Positions 48,809 through 61,553 of a stretch of DNA of 64,000 nt are shown in pieces (the first letter of the stretch is position 1; the number at the start of each line of letters is the position of its first letter). The notes beneath the pieces are model-generated. The model ran no database searches. It was not told where the DNA came from and was given only the letters and a program-made list of their open reading frames with translations. This DNA is from the human T2T-CHM13v2.0 reference genome, Homo sapiens, in assembly GCF_009914755.1 (NCBI RefSeq), contig NC_060928.1; one strand, written 5' to 3'. A program made the translations under genes and the position numbers.

Positions 48809-49825
48809 GGATTTCGTTGGAAGCGGGATTACATATAAAATCTAGAGAGAAGCATTCTCAGGAACTTCTTTGTGATGTTTGCATTGAAGTCACAGAATTG
48901 AACATTCACTTTGATAGAGCAGGTTTGAAACACTCATTCTGTAGTATCTGGAAGTGGACATTTCAAGCGCTTTCAGGCCTATGGTGAAAAAGGAAATATC
49001 TTCGAATAAAAACTAGACAGAAGCATCCTCAGAAACTTATTTGTGATGTGTGTCCTCAACTAACAGAGTTGAAACTTTGTTTTGATACAGCATTTTGGAA
49101 ACACTCCTTTTGTAGAATCTGCAGGTGGATATGTGGATAGCTCTGAAGATTTCGTTGGAAACGGGAATTTCTTCATATAAAATCAAACAGAAGCATTCTC
49201 AGAAACTTCTCAGTGATGTTTGCATTCAGCTCATGGAGTTGAACACTTCCTTTCATAGAGCCGGTTTGAAACACTCTTTCTGCACTACCTGGAAGAGGCC
49301 ATTTCGAGCGCTTTGAGTCCTATGGTGAAAAAGGAAATATCTTCTCATAAAAACCAGAAAGAAGCATTCTCAGAAACTACTTTGTGTTGTGTGTACTCAT
49401 GTAACAGTGTTGAACCATCCTTTTGACAGAGCAGTTTTGAAACACTCTTTTTGTAGAATCTGCAAGTGGATATTTGGATAGCTTTGAGGATTTCGTTGGA
49501 AACGGGATGACATATAATATCTAGAGAGAAGCATTCTCAGGAACTTCTTTGTGCTGTTTGCATTCAAGTCACAGAATTGAACATTCCCTTTCATAGAGCA
49601 GATTTGAAACACTCTTTCTCTAGTATCTGGAAGTGGGCATTTCAAGCGCTTTCAGGCCTATTGAGAGAAAGGAAATACCTTCAAATAAAAACTAGACAGA
49701 AGCATTCTCAGAAACTTGTTTGTGATGTGTGTATTCAACTAACAGAGTTGAACTTTTGTTTTTACAGAGCCGTTTTAAAACACTCTTTTTGTGGAATCAG
49801 AAAGTGGATATTCGGATGGCTCTGA
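48809..49825 (+). repeat. 6-mer HOR variant, copy 1 (1017 bp)
   Basis: Lacks the AGCTTAGAGGGATTCG monomer (170-bp deletion, junction 49079-49106) and jumps from m7 to m19 sequence at 49685-49717. Confidence 0.93.
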
Positions 49826-52800
49826 GGATTTCGTTGGAAGCGGGATTACGTATAAAATCTAGAGAGAAGCATTCTCAGGAACTTCTTTGTGATGTTTGCA
49901 TTGAAGTCACAGAATTGAACATTCACTTTGATAGAGCAGGTTTGAAACACTCATTCTGTAGTATCTGGAAGTGGACATTTCAAGCGCTTTCAGGCCTATG
50001 GTGAGAAAGGAAATATCTTCGAATAAAAACTAGACAGAAGCATCCTCAGAAACTTATTTGTGATGTGTGTCCTCAACTAACAGAGTTGAAACTTTGTTTT
50101 GATACAGCATTTTGGAAACACTCTTTTTGTAGAATCTGCAGGTGGATATTTGGATAGCTTAGAGGGATTCGTTGGAAAGGGGATATCTTCATATAAAATC
50201 TAGACAGAAGCATTCTCAGAAACTTATTTGTGATGTGTGTCCTCAACTAACAGAGTTGAACCTTGGTTTTGATACAGCATTTTGGAAACACTCCTTTTGT
50301 AGAATCTGCAGGTGGATATGTGGATAGCTCTGAAGATTTCGTTGGAAACGGGAATTTCTTCATATAAAATCAAACAGAAGCATTCTCAGAAACTTCTCAG
50401 TGATGTTTGCATTCAGCTCATGGAGTTGAACACTTCCTTTCATAGAGCCGGTTTGAAACACTCTTTCTGCACTACCTGGAAGAGGACATTTCGAGCGCTT
50501 TGAGTCCTATGGTGAAAAAGGAAATATCTTCTCATAAAAACCAGAAAGAAGCATTCTCAGAAACTTCTTTGTGTTGTGTGTACTCATGTAACAGTGTTGA
50601 ACCATCCTTTTGACAGAGCAGTTTTGAAACACTCTTTTTGTAGAATCTGCAAGTGGATATTTGGATAGCTTTGAGGATTTCGTTGGAAACGGGATGACAT
50701 ATAATATCTAGAGAGAAGCATTCTCAGGAACTTCTTTGTGATGTTTGCATTCAAGTCACAGAATTGAACATTCCCTTTCATAGAGCAGGTTTGAAACACT
50801 CTTTCTCTAGTATCTGGAAGTGGGCATTTCAAGCGCTTTCAGGCCTATGGAGAGAAAGGAAATACCTTCAAATAAAAACTAGACAGAAGCATTCTCAGAA
50901 ACTTATTTGTGATGTGTGTCCTCAACTAACAGAGTTGAACCTTTGTTTTGATACAGCATTTTGGAAACACTCCTTTTGTAGAATCTGCAGGTGGATATTT
51001 GGATAACTTTGAAGATTTCGTTGGAAACCGGAATATCTTCATATAAAATCAAGACAGAAGCATTCTCGGAAACATCTCTGTGATGTTTGCATTCAACTCA
51101 GTAGAGTTGAACACTTCCTTTCATAGAGCCGGTTTGAAACACTCTTTCTGCACTACCTGGAAGCGGACATTTCGAGCGTTTGAGGCCTATGGTGAAAAAG
51201 GAAATATCTTCTCATAAAAACCAGAAAGAAGCATTCTCAGAAACTTCTTTGTGTTGTGTGTACTCAAGTAACAGTGTTGAACCTTCCTTTTGACACAGCA
51301 GTTTTGAAACACTCTTTTGGTAGAATCTGCAAGTGGATATTTGGATAGCTTTGAGGATTTCGTTGGAAACGGGTTATCTTCATATAAAATCCAGACAGGA
51401 GCATTCTCAGAAACTTCTTTGTGCTGCATGTCCTCAATTCACAGAGCTGAACCTTTGTTTGGATACAGCATTTTGGAAACATTCCTTTAGTAGAATCTGC
51501 AAGTTGATATTTAGATAGCTTTGAAGATTTCGTTGGAAACGGGAATATCTTCATAGAAAATCTAGACGGAAGCATTCTCAGAAACTGCTTTGTGATGTTT
51601 GCATTCAAGTCACAGAGTTGAATATTCCCTTTTATAGAGTAGGTTTGAAACACTCTTTCGGCACTACCTGGAAGTGGATATTTCGAGCTCTTTGAGGCCT
51701 ATGGTTAAAAGGAAATATCTTCCCATAAAAACTAGACAGAAGCCGTCTCAGAAACTTGTTTGTGATGTGTGTATTCAACTAACAGAGTTGAACATTTCTG
51801 TTACAGAGCAATTTTAAAACACTCTTTTTGTGGAATCTGAAAGTGGATAATTGGATAGCTTTGTGGATTTCGTTGGAAACGGGATGACGTATAAAATCTA
51901 GAGAGAAGCATTCTCAGGAACTTCTTTCTGATGTTTGCATTCAAGTCACAGAATTGAACATTCCTTTTCATAGTGCAGGTTTGAAACACTCTTTCTGTAG
52001 TATCTGGAAGTGGACATTTCAAGCGCTTTCAGGCCTACGGGGAGAAAGGAAATATCTTCAAATAAAAACTAGACAGAAGGATTCTCAGAAACTTATTTGT
52101 GATGTGTGTCCTAAACGAACACAGTTGAACCTTTGTTTAGATACAGCATTTTGGAAACACTCCTTTTGTAGGATCTGCAGGTGGATATTTGGATAGATAT
52201 TAAGATTTCGTTGGAAACGGGAGTTTCTTCATAGAAACTCAAGACAGATGCATTCTCAGAAACATCTCTGTGATGTTTGCATTCCACTCATAGAGTTGAA
52301 AACTTCCTTTCATAGAGCAGGTTTGAAACACTCTTTTTGTAATATTTGGAAGTGGACATTTGCAGCGCTTTGAGGCCTATGGTGAAAAAGGAAATATCTT
52401 CTCATAAAAACCAGAAACAAGCATTCTCAGAAACTTCATTTTGATGTGTGTACTCAAGTAACAGAGTTGAACCTTCCTTTTGACACAGCAGTTTTGAAAC
52501 AATCTTTTTGTAGAATCTGCAAGTGGATATTTGGATAGCTTTGAGGATTTCGTTGGAAACGGGATATCTTCATATAAAATCTAGACAGAAGCATTCTCAG
52601 AAACTTCTTTGTGCTGTATGTCCTCAATTAACAGAGTTGAACCATTGCTTGGATACAGCATTTTGGAAACATTCCTTGAGTAGAATCTGCAAGTTGATAT
52701 TGAGATAGATTTGAAGATTTCGTTGGAAAAGGGAATATCTCCATATAAAATCTAGACGGAAGCATTCTCAGAAACTGCTTTGTGATGTTTCCATTCAAGT

Positions 52801-53056
52801 CACAGAGTTGAATATTCCCTTTTATAGAGCACGTTTGAAACACTCTTTCTGCACTATCTGGAAGTGGACATTTCGAGCGCTTTGAGGCCTATGGTGAAAA
52901 AGGAAATATCTTCCCATAAAAATTAGACAGAAGCATTCTCAGAAACTTGTTTGTGATGTGTGTATTCAACTAACAGAGTTGAACTTTTGTTTTTACAGAG
53001 CCGTTTTAAAACACTCTTTTTGTGGAATCAGAAAGTGGATATTCGGATGGCTCTGA

Positions 53057-54073
53057 GGATTTCGTTGGAAGCGGGATTACATATAAAATCTAGAGAGAAG
53101 CATTCTCAGGAACTTCTTTGTGATGTTTGCATTGAAGTCACAGAATTGAACATTCACTTTGATAGAGCAGGTTTGAAACACTCATTCTGTAGTATCTGGA
53201 AGTGGACATTTCAAGCGCTTTCAGGCCTATGGTGAAAAAGGAAATATCTTCGAATAAAAACTAGACAGAAGCATCCTCAGAAACTTATTTGTGATGTGTG
53301 TCCTCAACTAACAGAGTTGAAACTTTGTTTTGATACAGCATTTTGGAAACACTCCTTTTGTAGAATCTGCAGGTGGATATGTGGATAGCTCTGAAGATTT
53401 CGTTGGAAACGGGAATTTCTTCATATAAAATCAAACAGAAGCATTCTCAGAAACTTCTCAGTGATGTTTGCATTCAGCTCATGGAGTTGAACACTTCCTT
53501 TCATAGAGCCGGTTTGAAACACTCTTTCTGCACTACCTGGAAGAGGCCATTTCGAGCGCTTTGAGTCCTATGGTGAAAAAGGAAATATCTTCTCATAAAA
53601 ACCAGAAAGAAGCATTCTCAGAAACTTCTTTGTGTTGTGTGTACTCATGTAACAGTGTTGAACCATCCTTTTGACAGAGCAGTTTTGAAACACTCTTTTT
53701 GTAGAATCTGCAAGTGGATATTTGGATAGCTTTGAGGATTTCGTTGGAAACGGGATGACATATAATATCTAGAGAGAAGCATTCTCAGGAACTTCTTTGT
53801 GCTGTTTGCATTCAAGTCACAGAATTGAACATTCCCTTTCATAGAGCAGATTTGAAACACTCTTTCTCTAGTATCTGGAAGTGGGCATTTCAAGCGCTTT
53901 CAGGCCTATTGAGAGAAAGGAAATACCTTCAAATAAAAACTAGACAGAAGCATTCTCAGAAACTTGTTTGTGATGTGTGTATTCAACTAACAGAGTTGAA
54001 CTTTTGTTTTTACAGAGCCGTTTTAAAACACTCTTTTTGTGGAATCAGAAAGTGGATATTCGGATGGCTCTGA
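53057..54073 (+). repeat. 6-mer HOR variant, copy 2 (1017 bp)
   Basis: Same two junctions and diagnostic SNPs (GAGGCCATTT, GTGCTGTTTG, GAGCAGATTT, CTATTGAGAG) as 48809-49825. Confidence 0.93.
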
Positions 54074-57000
54074 GGATTTCGTTGGAAGCGGGATTACGTA
54101 TAAAATCTAGAGAGAAGCATTCTCAGGAACTTCTTTGTGATGTTTGCATTGAAGTCACAGAATTGAACATTCACTTTGATAGAGCAGGTTTGAAACACTC
54201 ATTCTGTAGTATCTGGAAGTGGACATTTCAAGCGCTTTCAGGCCTATGGTGAGAAAGGAAATATCTTCGAATAAAAACTAGACAGAAGCATCCTCAGAAA
54301 CTTATTTGTGATGTGTGTCCTCAACTAACAGAGTTGAAACTTTGTTTTGATACAGCATTTTGGAAACACTCTTTTTGTAGAATCTGCAGGTGGATATTTG
54401 GATAGCTTAGAGGGATTCGTTGGAAAGGGGATATCTTCATATAAAATCTAGACAGAAGCATTCTCAGAAACTTATTTGTGATGTGTGTCCTCAACTAACA
54501 GAGTTGAACCTTGGTTTTGATACAGCATTTTGGAAACACTCCTTTTGTAGAATCTGCAGGTGGATATGTGGATAGCTCTGAAGATTTCGTTGGAAACGGG
54601 AATTTCTTCATATAAAATCAAACAGAAGCATTCTCAGAAACTTCTCAGTGATGTTTGCATTCAGCTCATGGAGTTGAACACTTCCTTTCATAGAGCCGGT
54701 TTGAAACACTCTTTCTGCACTACCTGGAAGAGGACATTTCGAGCGCTTTGAGTCCTATGGTGAAAAAGGAAATATCTTCTCATAAAAACCAGAAAGAAGC
54801 ATTCTCAGAAACTTCTTTGTGTTGTGTGTACTCATGTAACAGTGTTGAACCATCCTTTTGACAGAGCAGTTTTGAAACACTCTTTTTGTAGAATCTGCAA
54901 GTGGATATTTGGATAGCTTTGAGGATTTCGTTGGAAACGGGATGACATATAATATCTAGAGAGAAGCATTCTCAGGAACTTCTTTGTGATGTTTGCATTC
55001 AAGTCACAGAATTGAACATTCCCTTTCATAGAGCAGGTTTGAAACACTCTTTCTCTAGTATCTGGAAGTGGGCATTTCAAGCGCTTTCAGGCCTATGGAG
55101 AGAAAGGAAATACCTTCAAATAAAAACTAGACAGAAGCATTCTCAGAAACTTATTTGTGATGTGTGTCCTCAACTAACAGAGTTGAACCTTTGTTTTGAT
55201 ACAGCATTTTGGAAACACTCCTTTTGTAGAATCTGCAGGTGGATATTTGGATAACTTTGAAGATTTCGTTGGAAACCGGAATATCTTCATATAAAATCAA
55301 GACAGAAGCATTCTCGGAAACATCTCTGTGATGTTTGCATTCAACTCAGTAGAGTTGAACACTTCCTTTCATAGAGCCGGTTTGAAACACTCTTTCTGCA
55401 CTACCTGGAAGCGGACATTTCGAGCGTTTGAGGCCTATGGTGAAAAAGGAAATATCTTCTCATAAAAACCAGAAAGAAGCATTCTCAGAAACTTCTTTGT
55501 GTTGTGTGTACTCAAGTAACAGTGTTGAACCTTCCTTTTGACACAGCAGTTTTGAAACACTCTTTTGGTAGAATCTGCAAGTGGATATTTGGATAGCTTT
55601 GAGGATTTCGTTGGAAACGGGTTATCTTCATATAAAATCCAGACAGGAGCATTCTCAGAAACTTCTTTGTGCTGCATGTCCTCAATTCACAGAGCTGAAC
55701 CTTTGTTTGGATACAGCATTTTGGAAACATTCCTTTAGTAGAATCTGCAAGTTGATATTTAGATAGCTTTGAAGATTTCGTTGGAAACGGGAATATCTTC
55801 ATAGAAAATCTAGACGGAAGCATTCTCAGAAACTGCTTTGTGATGTTTGCATTCAAGTCACAGAGTTGAATATTCCCTTTTATAGAGTAGGTTTGAAACA
55901 CTCTTTCGGCACTACCTGGAAGTGGATATTTCGAGCTCTTTGAGGCCTATGGTTAAAAGGAAATATCTTCCCATAAAAACTAGACAGAAGCCGTCTCAGA
56001 AACTTGTTTGTGATGTGTGTATTCAACTAACAGAGTTGAACATTTCTGTTACAGAGCAATTTTAAAACACTCTTTTTGTGGAATCTGAAAGTGGATAATT
56101 GGATAGCTTTGTGGATTTCGTTGGAAACGGGATGACGTATAAAATCTAGAGAGAAGCATTCTCAGGAACTTCTTTCTGATGTTTGCATTCAAGTCACAGA
56201 ATTGAACATTCCTTTTCATAGTGCAGGTTTGAAACACTCTTTCTGTAGTATCTGGAAGTGGACATTTCAAGCGCTTTCAGGCCTACGGGGAGAAAGGAAA
56301 TATCTTCAAATAAAAACTAGACAGAAGGATTCTCAGAAACTTATTTGTGATGTGTGTCCTAAACGAACACAGTTGAACCTTTGTTTAGATACAGCATTTT
56401 GGAAACACTCCTTTTGTAGGATCTGCAGGTGGATATTTGGATAGATATTAAGATTTCGTTGGAAACGGGAGTTTCTTCATAGAAACTCAAGACAGATGCA
56501 TTCTCAGAAACATCTCTGTGATGTTTGCATTCCACTCATAGAGTTGAAAACTTCCTTTCATAGAGCAGGTTTGAAACACTCTTTTTGTAATATTTGGAAG
56601 TGGACATTTGCAGCGCTTTGAGGCCTATGGTGAAAAAGGAAATATCTTCTCATAAAAACCAGAAACAAGCATTCTCAGAAACTTCATTTTGATGTGTGTA
56701 CTCAAGTAACAGAGTTGAACCTTCCTTTTGACACAGCAGTTTTGAAACAATCTTTTTGTAGAATCTGCAAGTGGATATTTGGATAGCTTTGAGGATTTCG
56801 TTGGAAACGGGATATCTTCATATAAAATCTAGACAGAAGCATTCTCAGAAACTTCTTTGTGCTGTATGTCCTCAATTAACAGAGTTGAACCATTGCTTGG
56901 ATACAGCATTTTGGAAACATTCCTTGAGTAGAATCTGCAAGTTGATATTTAGATAGATTTGAAGATTTCGTTGGAAAAGGGAATATCTCCATATAAAATC

Positions 57001-57304
57001 TAGACGGAAGCATTCTCAGAAACTGCTTTGTGATGTTTCCATTCAAGTCACAGAGTTGAATATTCCCTTTTATAGAGCACGTTTGAAACACTCTTTCTGC
57101 ACTATCTGGAAGTGGACATTTCGAGCGCTTTGAGGCCTATGGTGAAAAAGGAAATATCTTCCCATAAAAATTAGACAGAAGCATTCTCAGAAACTTGTTT
57201 GTGATGTGTGTATTCAACTAACAGAGTTGAACTTTTGTTTTTACAGAGCCGTTTTAAAACACTCTTTTTGTGGAATCAGAAAGTGGATATTCGGATGGCT
57301 CTGA

Positions 57305-58321
57305 GGATTTCGTTGGAAGCGGGATTACATATAAAATCTAGAGAGAAGCATTCTCAGGAACTTCTTTGTGATGTTTGCATTGAAGTCACAGAATTGAACA
57401 TTCACTTTGATAGAGCAGGTTTGAAACACTCATTCTGTAGTATCTGGAAGTGGACATTTCAAGCGCTTTCAGGCCTATGGTGAAAAAGGAAATATCTTCG
57501 AATAAAAACTAGACAGAAGCATCCTCAGAAACTTATTTGTGATGTGTGTCCTCAACTAACAGAGTTGAAACTTTGTTTTGATACAGCATTTTGGAAACAC
57601 TCCTTTTGTAGAATCTGCAGGTGGATATGTGGATAGCTCTGAAGATTTCGTTGGAAACGGGAATTTCTTCATATAAAATCAAACAGAAGCATTCTCAGAA
57701 ACTTCTCAGTGATGTTTGCATTCAGCTCATGGAGTTGAACACTTCCTTTCATAGAGTCGGTGTGAAACACACTTTCTGCACTACCTGGAAGAGGCCATTT
57801 CGAGCGCTTTGAGTCCTATGGTGAAAAAGGAAATATCTTCTCATAAAAACCAGAAAGAAGCATTCTCAGAAACTTCTTTGTGTTGTGTGTACTCATGTAA
57901 CAGTGTTGAACCATCCTTTTGACAGAGCAGTTTTGAAACACTCTTTTTGTAGAATCTGCAAGTGGATATTTGGATAGCTTTGAGGATTTCGTTGGAAACG
58001 GGATGACATATAATATCTAGAGAGAAGCATTCTCAGGAACTTCTTTGTGCTGTTTGCATTCAAGTCACAGAATTGAACATTCCCTTTCATAGAGCAGATT
58101 TGAAACACTCTTTCTCTAGTATCTGGAAGTGGGCATTTCAAGCGCTTTCAGGCCTATTGAGAGAAAGGAAATACCTTCAAATAAAAACTAGACAGAAGCA
58201 TTCTCAGAAACTTGTTTGTGATGTGTGTATTCAACTAACAGAGTTGAACTTTTGTTTTTACAGAGCCGTTTTAAAACACTCTTTTTGTGGAATCAGAAAG
58301 TGGATATTCGGATGGCTCTGA
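57305..58321 (+). repeat. 6-mer HOR variant, copy 3 (1017 bp)
   Basis: Same junctions and SNPs as copies 1 and 2, plus a private substitution cluster at 57757-57771. Confidence 0.93.
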
Positions 58322-61300
58322 GGATTTCGTTGGAAGCGGGAATACATATAAAATCTAGAGAGAAGCATTCTCAGGAACTTCTTTGTGATGTTTGCATTGA
58401 AGTCACAGAATTGAACATTCACTTTGATAGAGCAGGTTTGAAACACTCATTCTGTAGTATCTGGAAGTGGACATTTCAAGCGCTTTCAGGCCTATGGTGA
58501 GAAAGGAAATATCTTCGAATAAAAACTAGACAGAAGCATCCTCAGAAACTTATTTGTGATGTGTGTCCTCAACTAACAGAGTTGAAACTTTGTTTTGATA
58601 CAGCATTTTGGAAACACTCTTTTTGTAGAATCTGCAGGTGGATATTTGGATAGCTTAGAGGGATTCGTTGGAAAGGGGATATCTTCATATAAAATCTAGA
58701 CAGAAGCATTCTCAGAAACTTATTTGTGATGTGTGTCCTCAACTAACTGAGTTGAACCTTGGTTTTGATACAGCATTTTGGAAACACTCCTTTTGTAGAA
58801 TCTGCAGGTGGATATGTGGATAGCTCTGAAGATTTCGTTGGAAACGGGAATTTCTTCATATAAAATCAAACAGAAGCATTCTCAGAAACTTCTCAGTGAT
58901 GTTTGCATTCAGCTCATGGAGTTGAACACTTCCTTTCATAGAGCCGGTTTGAAACACTCTTTCTGCACTACCTGGAAGAGGACATTTCGAGCGCTTTGAG
59001 TCCTATGGTGAAAAAGGAAATATCTTCTCATAAAAACCAGAAAGAAGCATTCTCAGAAACTTCTTTGTGTTGTGTGTACTCATGTAACAGTGTTGAACCA
59101 TCCTTTTGACAGAGCAGTTTTGAAACACTCTTTTTGTAGAATCTGCAAGTGGATATTTGGATAGCTTTGAGGATTTCGTTGGAAACGGGATGACATATAA
59201 TATCTAGAGAGAAGCATTCTCAGGAACTTCTTTGTGATGTTTGCATTCAAGTCACAGAATTGAACATTCCCTTTCATAGAGCAGGTTTGAAACACTCTTT
59301 CTCTAGTATCTGGAAGTGGGCATTTCAAGCGCTTTCAGGCCTATGGAGAGAAAGGAAATACCTTCAAATAAAAACTAGACAGAAGCATTCTCAGAAACTT
59401 ATTTGTGATGTGTGTCCTCAACTAACAGAGTTGAACCTTTGTTTTGATACAGCATTTTGGAAACACTCCTTTTGTAGAATCTGCAGGTGGATATTTGGAT
59501 AACTTTGAAGATTTCGTTGGAAACCGGAATATCTTCATATAAAATCAAGACAGAAGCATTCTCGGAAACATCTCTGTGATGTTTGCATTCAACTCAGTAG
59601 AGTTGAACACTTCCTTCCATAGAGCCGGTTTGAAACACTCTTTCTGCACTACCTGGAAGCGGACATTTCGAGCGCTTTGAGGCCTATGGTGAAAAAGGAA
59701 ATATCTTCTCATAAAAACCAGAAAGAAGCATTCTCAGAAACTTCTTTGTGTTGTGTGTACTCAAGTAACAGTGTTGAACCTTCCTTTTGACACAGCAGTT
59801 TTGAAACACTCTTTTGGTAGAATCTGCAAGTGGATATTTGGATAGCTTTGAGGATTTCGTTGGAAACGGGTTATCTTCATATAAAATCCAGACAGGAGCA
59901 TTCTCAGAAACTTCTTTGTGCTGCATGTCCTCAATTCACAGAGCTGAACCTTTGTTTGGATACAGCATTTTGGAAACATTCCTTTAGTAGAATCTGCAAG
60001 TTGATATTTAGATAGCTTTGAAGATTTCGTTGGAAACGGGAATATCTTCATAGAAAATCTAGACGGAAGCATTCTCAGAAACTGCTTTGTGATGTTTGCA
60101 TTCAAGTCACAGAGTTGAATATTCCCTTTTATAGAGTAGGTTTGAAACACTCTTTCGGCACTACCTGGAAGTGGATATTTCGAGCTCTTTGAGGCCTATG
60201 GTTAAAAGGAAATATCTTCCCATAAAAACTAGACAGAAGCCGTCTCAGAAACTTGTTTGTGATGTGTGTATTCAACTAACAGAGTTGAACATTTCTGTTA
60301 CAGAGCAATTTTAAAACACTCTTTTTGTGGAATCTGAAAGTGGATAATTGGATAGCTTTGTGGATTTCGTTGGAAACGGGATGACGTATAAAATCTAGAG
60401 AGAAGCATTCTCAGGAACTTCTTTCTGATGTTTGCATTCAAGTCACAGAATTGAACATTCCTTTTCATAGTGCAGGTTTGAAACACTCTTTCTGTAGTAT
60501 CTGGAAGTGGACATTTCAAGCGCTTTCAGGCCTACGGGGAGAAAGGAAATATCTTCAAATAAAAACTAGACAGAAGGATTCTCAGAAACTTATTTGTGAT
60601 GTGTGTCCTAAACGAACACAGTTGAACCTTTGTTTAGATACAGCATTTTGGAAACACTCCTTTTGTAGGATCTGCAGGTGGATATTTGGATAGATTTTAA
60701 GATTTCGTTGGAAACGGGAGTTTCTTCATAGAAACTCAAGACAGATGCATTCTCAGAAACATCTCTGTGATGTTTGCATTCCACTCATAGAGTTGAAAAC
60801 TTCCTTTCATAGAGCAGGTTTGAAACACTCTTTTTGTAGTATTTGGAAGTGGACATTTGCAGCGCTTTGAGGCCTATGGTGAAAAAGGAAATATCTTCTC
60901 ATTAAAACCAGAAACAAGCATTCTCAGAAACTTCTTTTTGATGTGTGTACTCAAGTAACAGAGTTGAACCTTCCTTTTGACACAGCAGTTTTGAAACAAT
61001 CTTTTTGTAGAATCTGCAAGTGGATATTTGGATAGCTTTGAGGATTTCGTTGGAAACGGGATATCTTCATATAAAATCTAGACAGAAGCATTCTCAGAAA
61101 CTTCTTTGTGCTGTATGTCCTCAATTAACAGAGTTGAACCATTGCTTGGATACAGCATTTTGGAAACATTCCTTTAGTAGAATCTGCAAGTTGATATTTA
61201 GATAGATTTGAAGATTTCGTTGGAAAAGGGAATATCTCCATATAAAATCTAGACGGAAGCATTCTCAGAAACTGCTTTGTGATGTTTCCATTCAAGTCAC

Positions 61301-61553
61301 AGAGTTGAATATTCCCTTTTATAGAGCACGTTTGAAACACTCTTTCTGCACTATCTGGAAGTGGAAATTTCGAGCGCTTTGAGGCCTATGGTGAAAAAGG
61401 AAATATCTTCCCATAAAAATTAGACAGAAGCATTCTCAGAAACTTGTTTGTGATGTGTGTATTCAACTAACAGAGTTGAACTTTTGTTTTTACAGAGCCG
61501 TTTTAAAACACTCTTTTTGTGGAATCAGAAAGTGGATATTCGGATGGCTCTGA

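Larger units (their letters stand above)
48809..61553 (+). repeat. Three copies of a composite 25-mer (1017-bp 6-mer plus 3231/3232-bp 19-mer; period 4248-4249 bp)
   Basis: Marker at 48809, 49826, 53057, 54074, 57305, 58322, 61554; spacings 1017, 3231, 1017, 3231, 1017, 3232. Confidence 0.95.
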
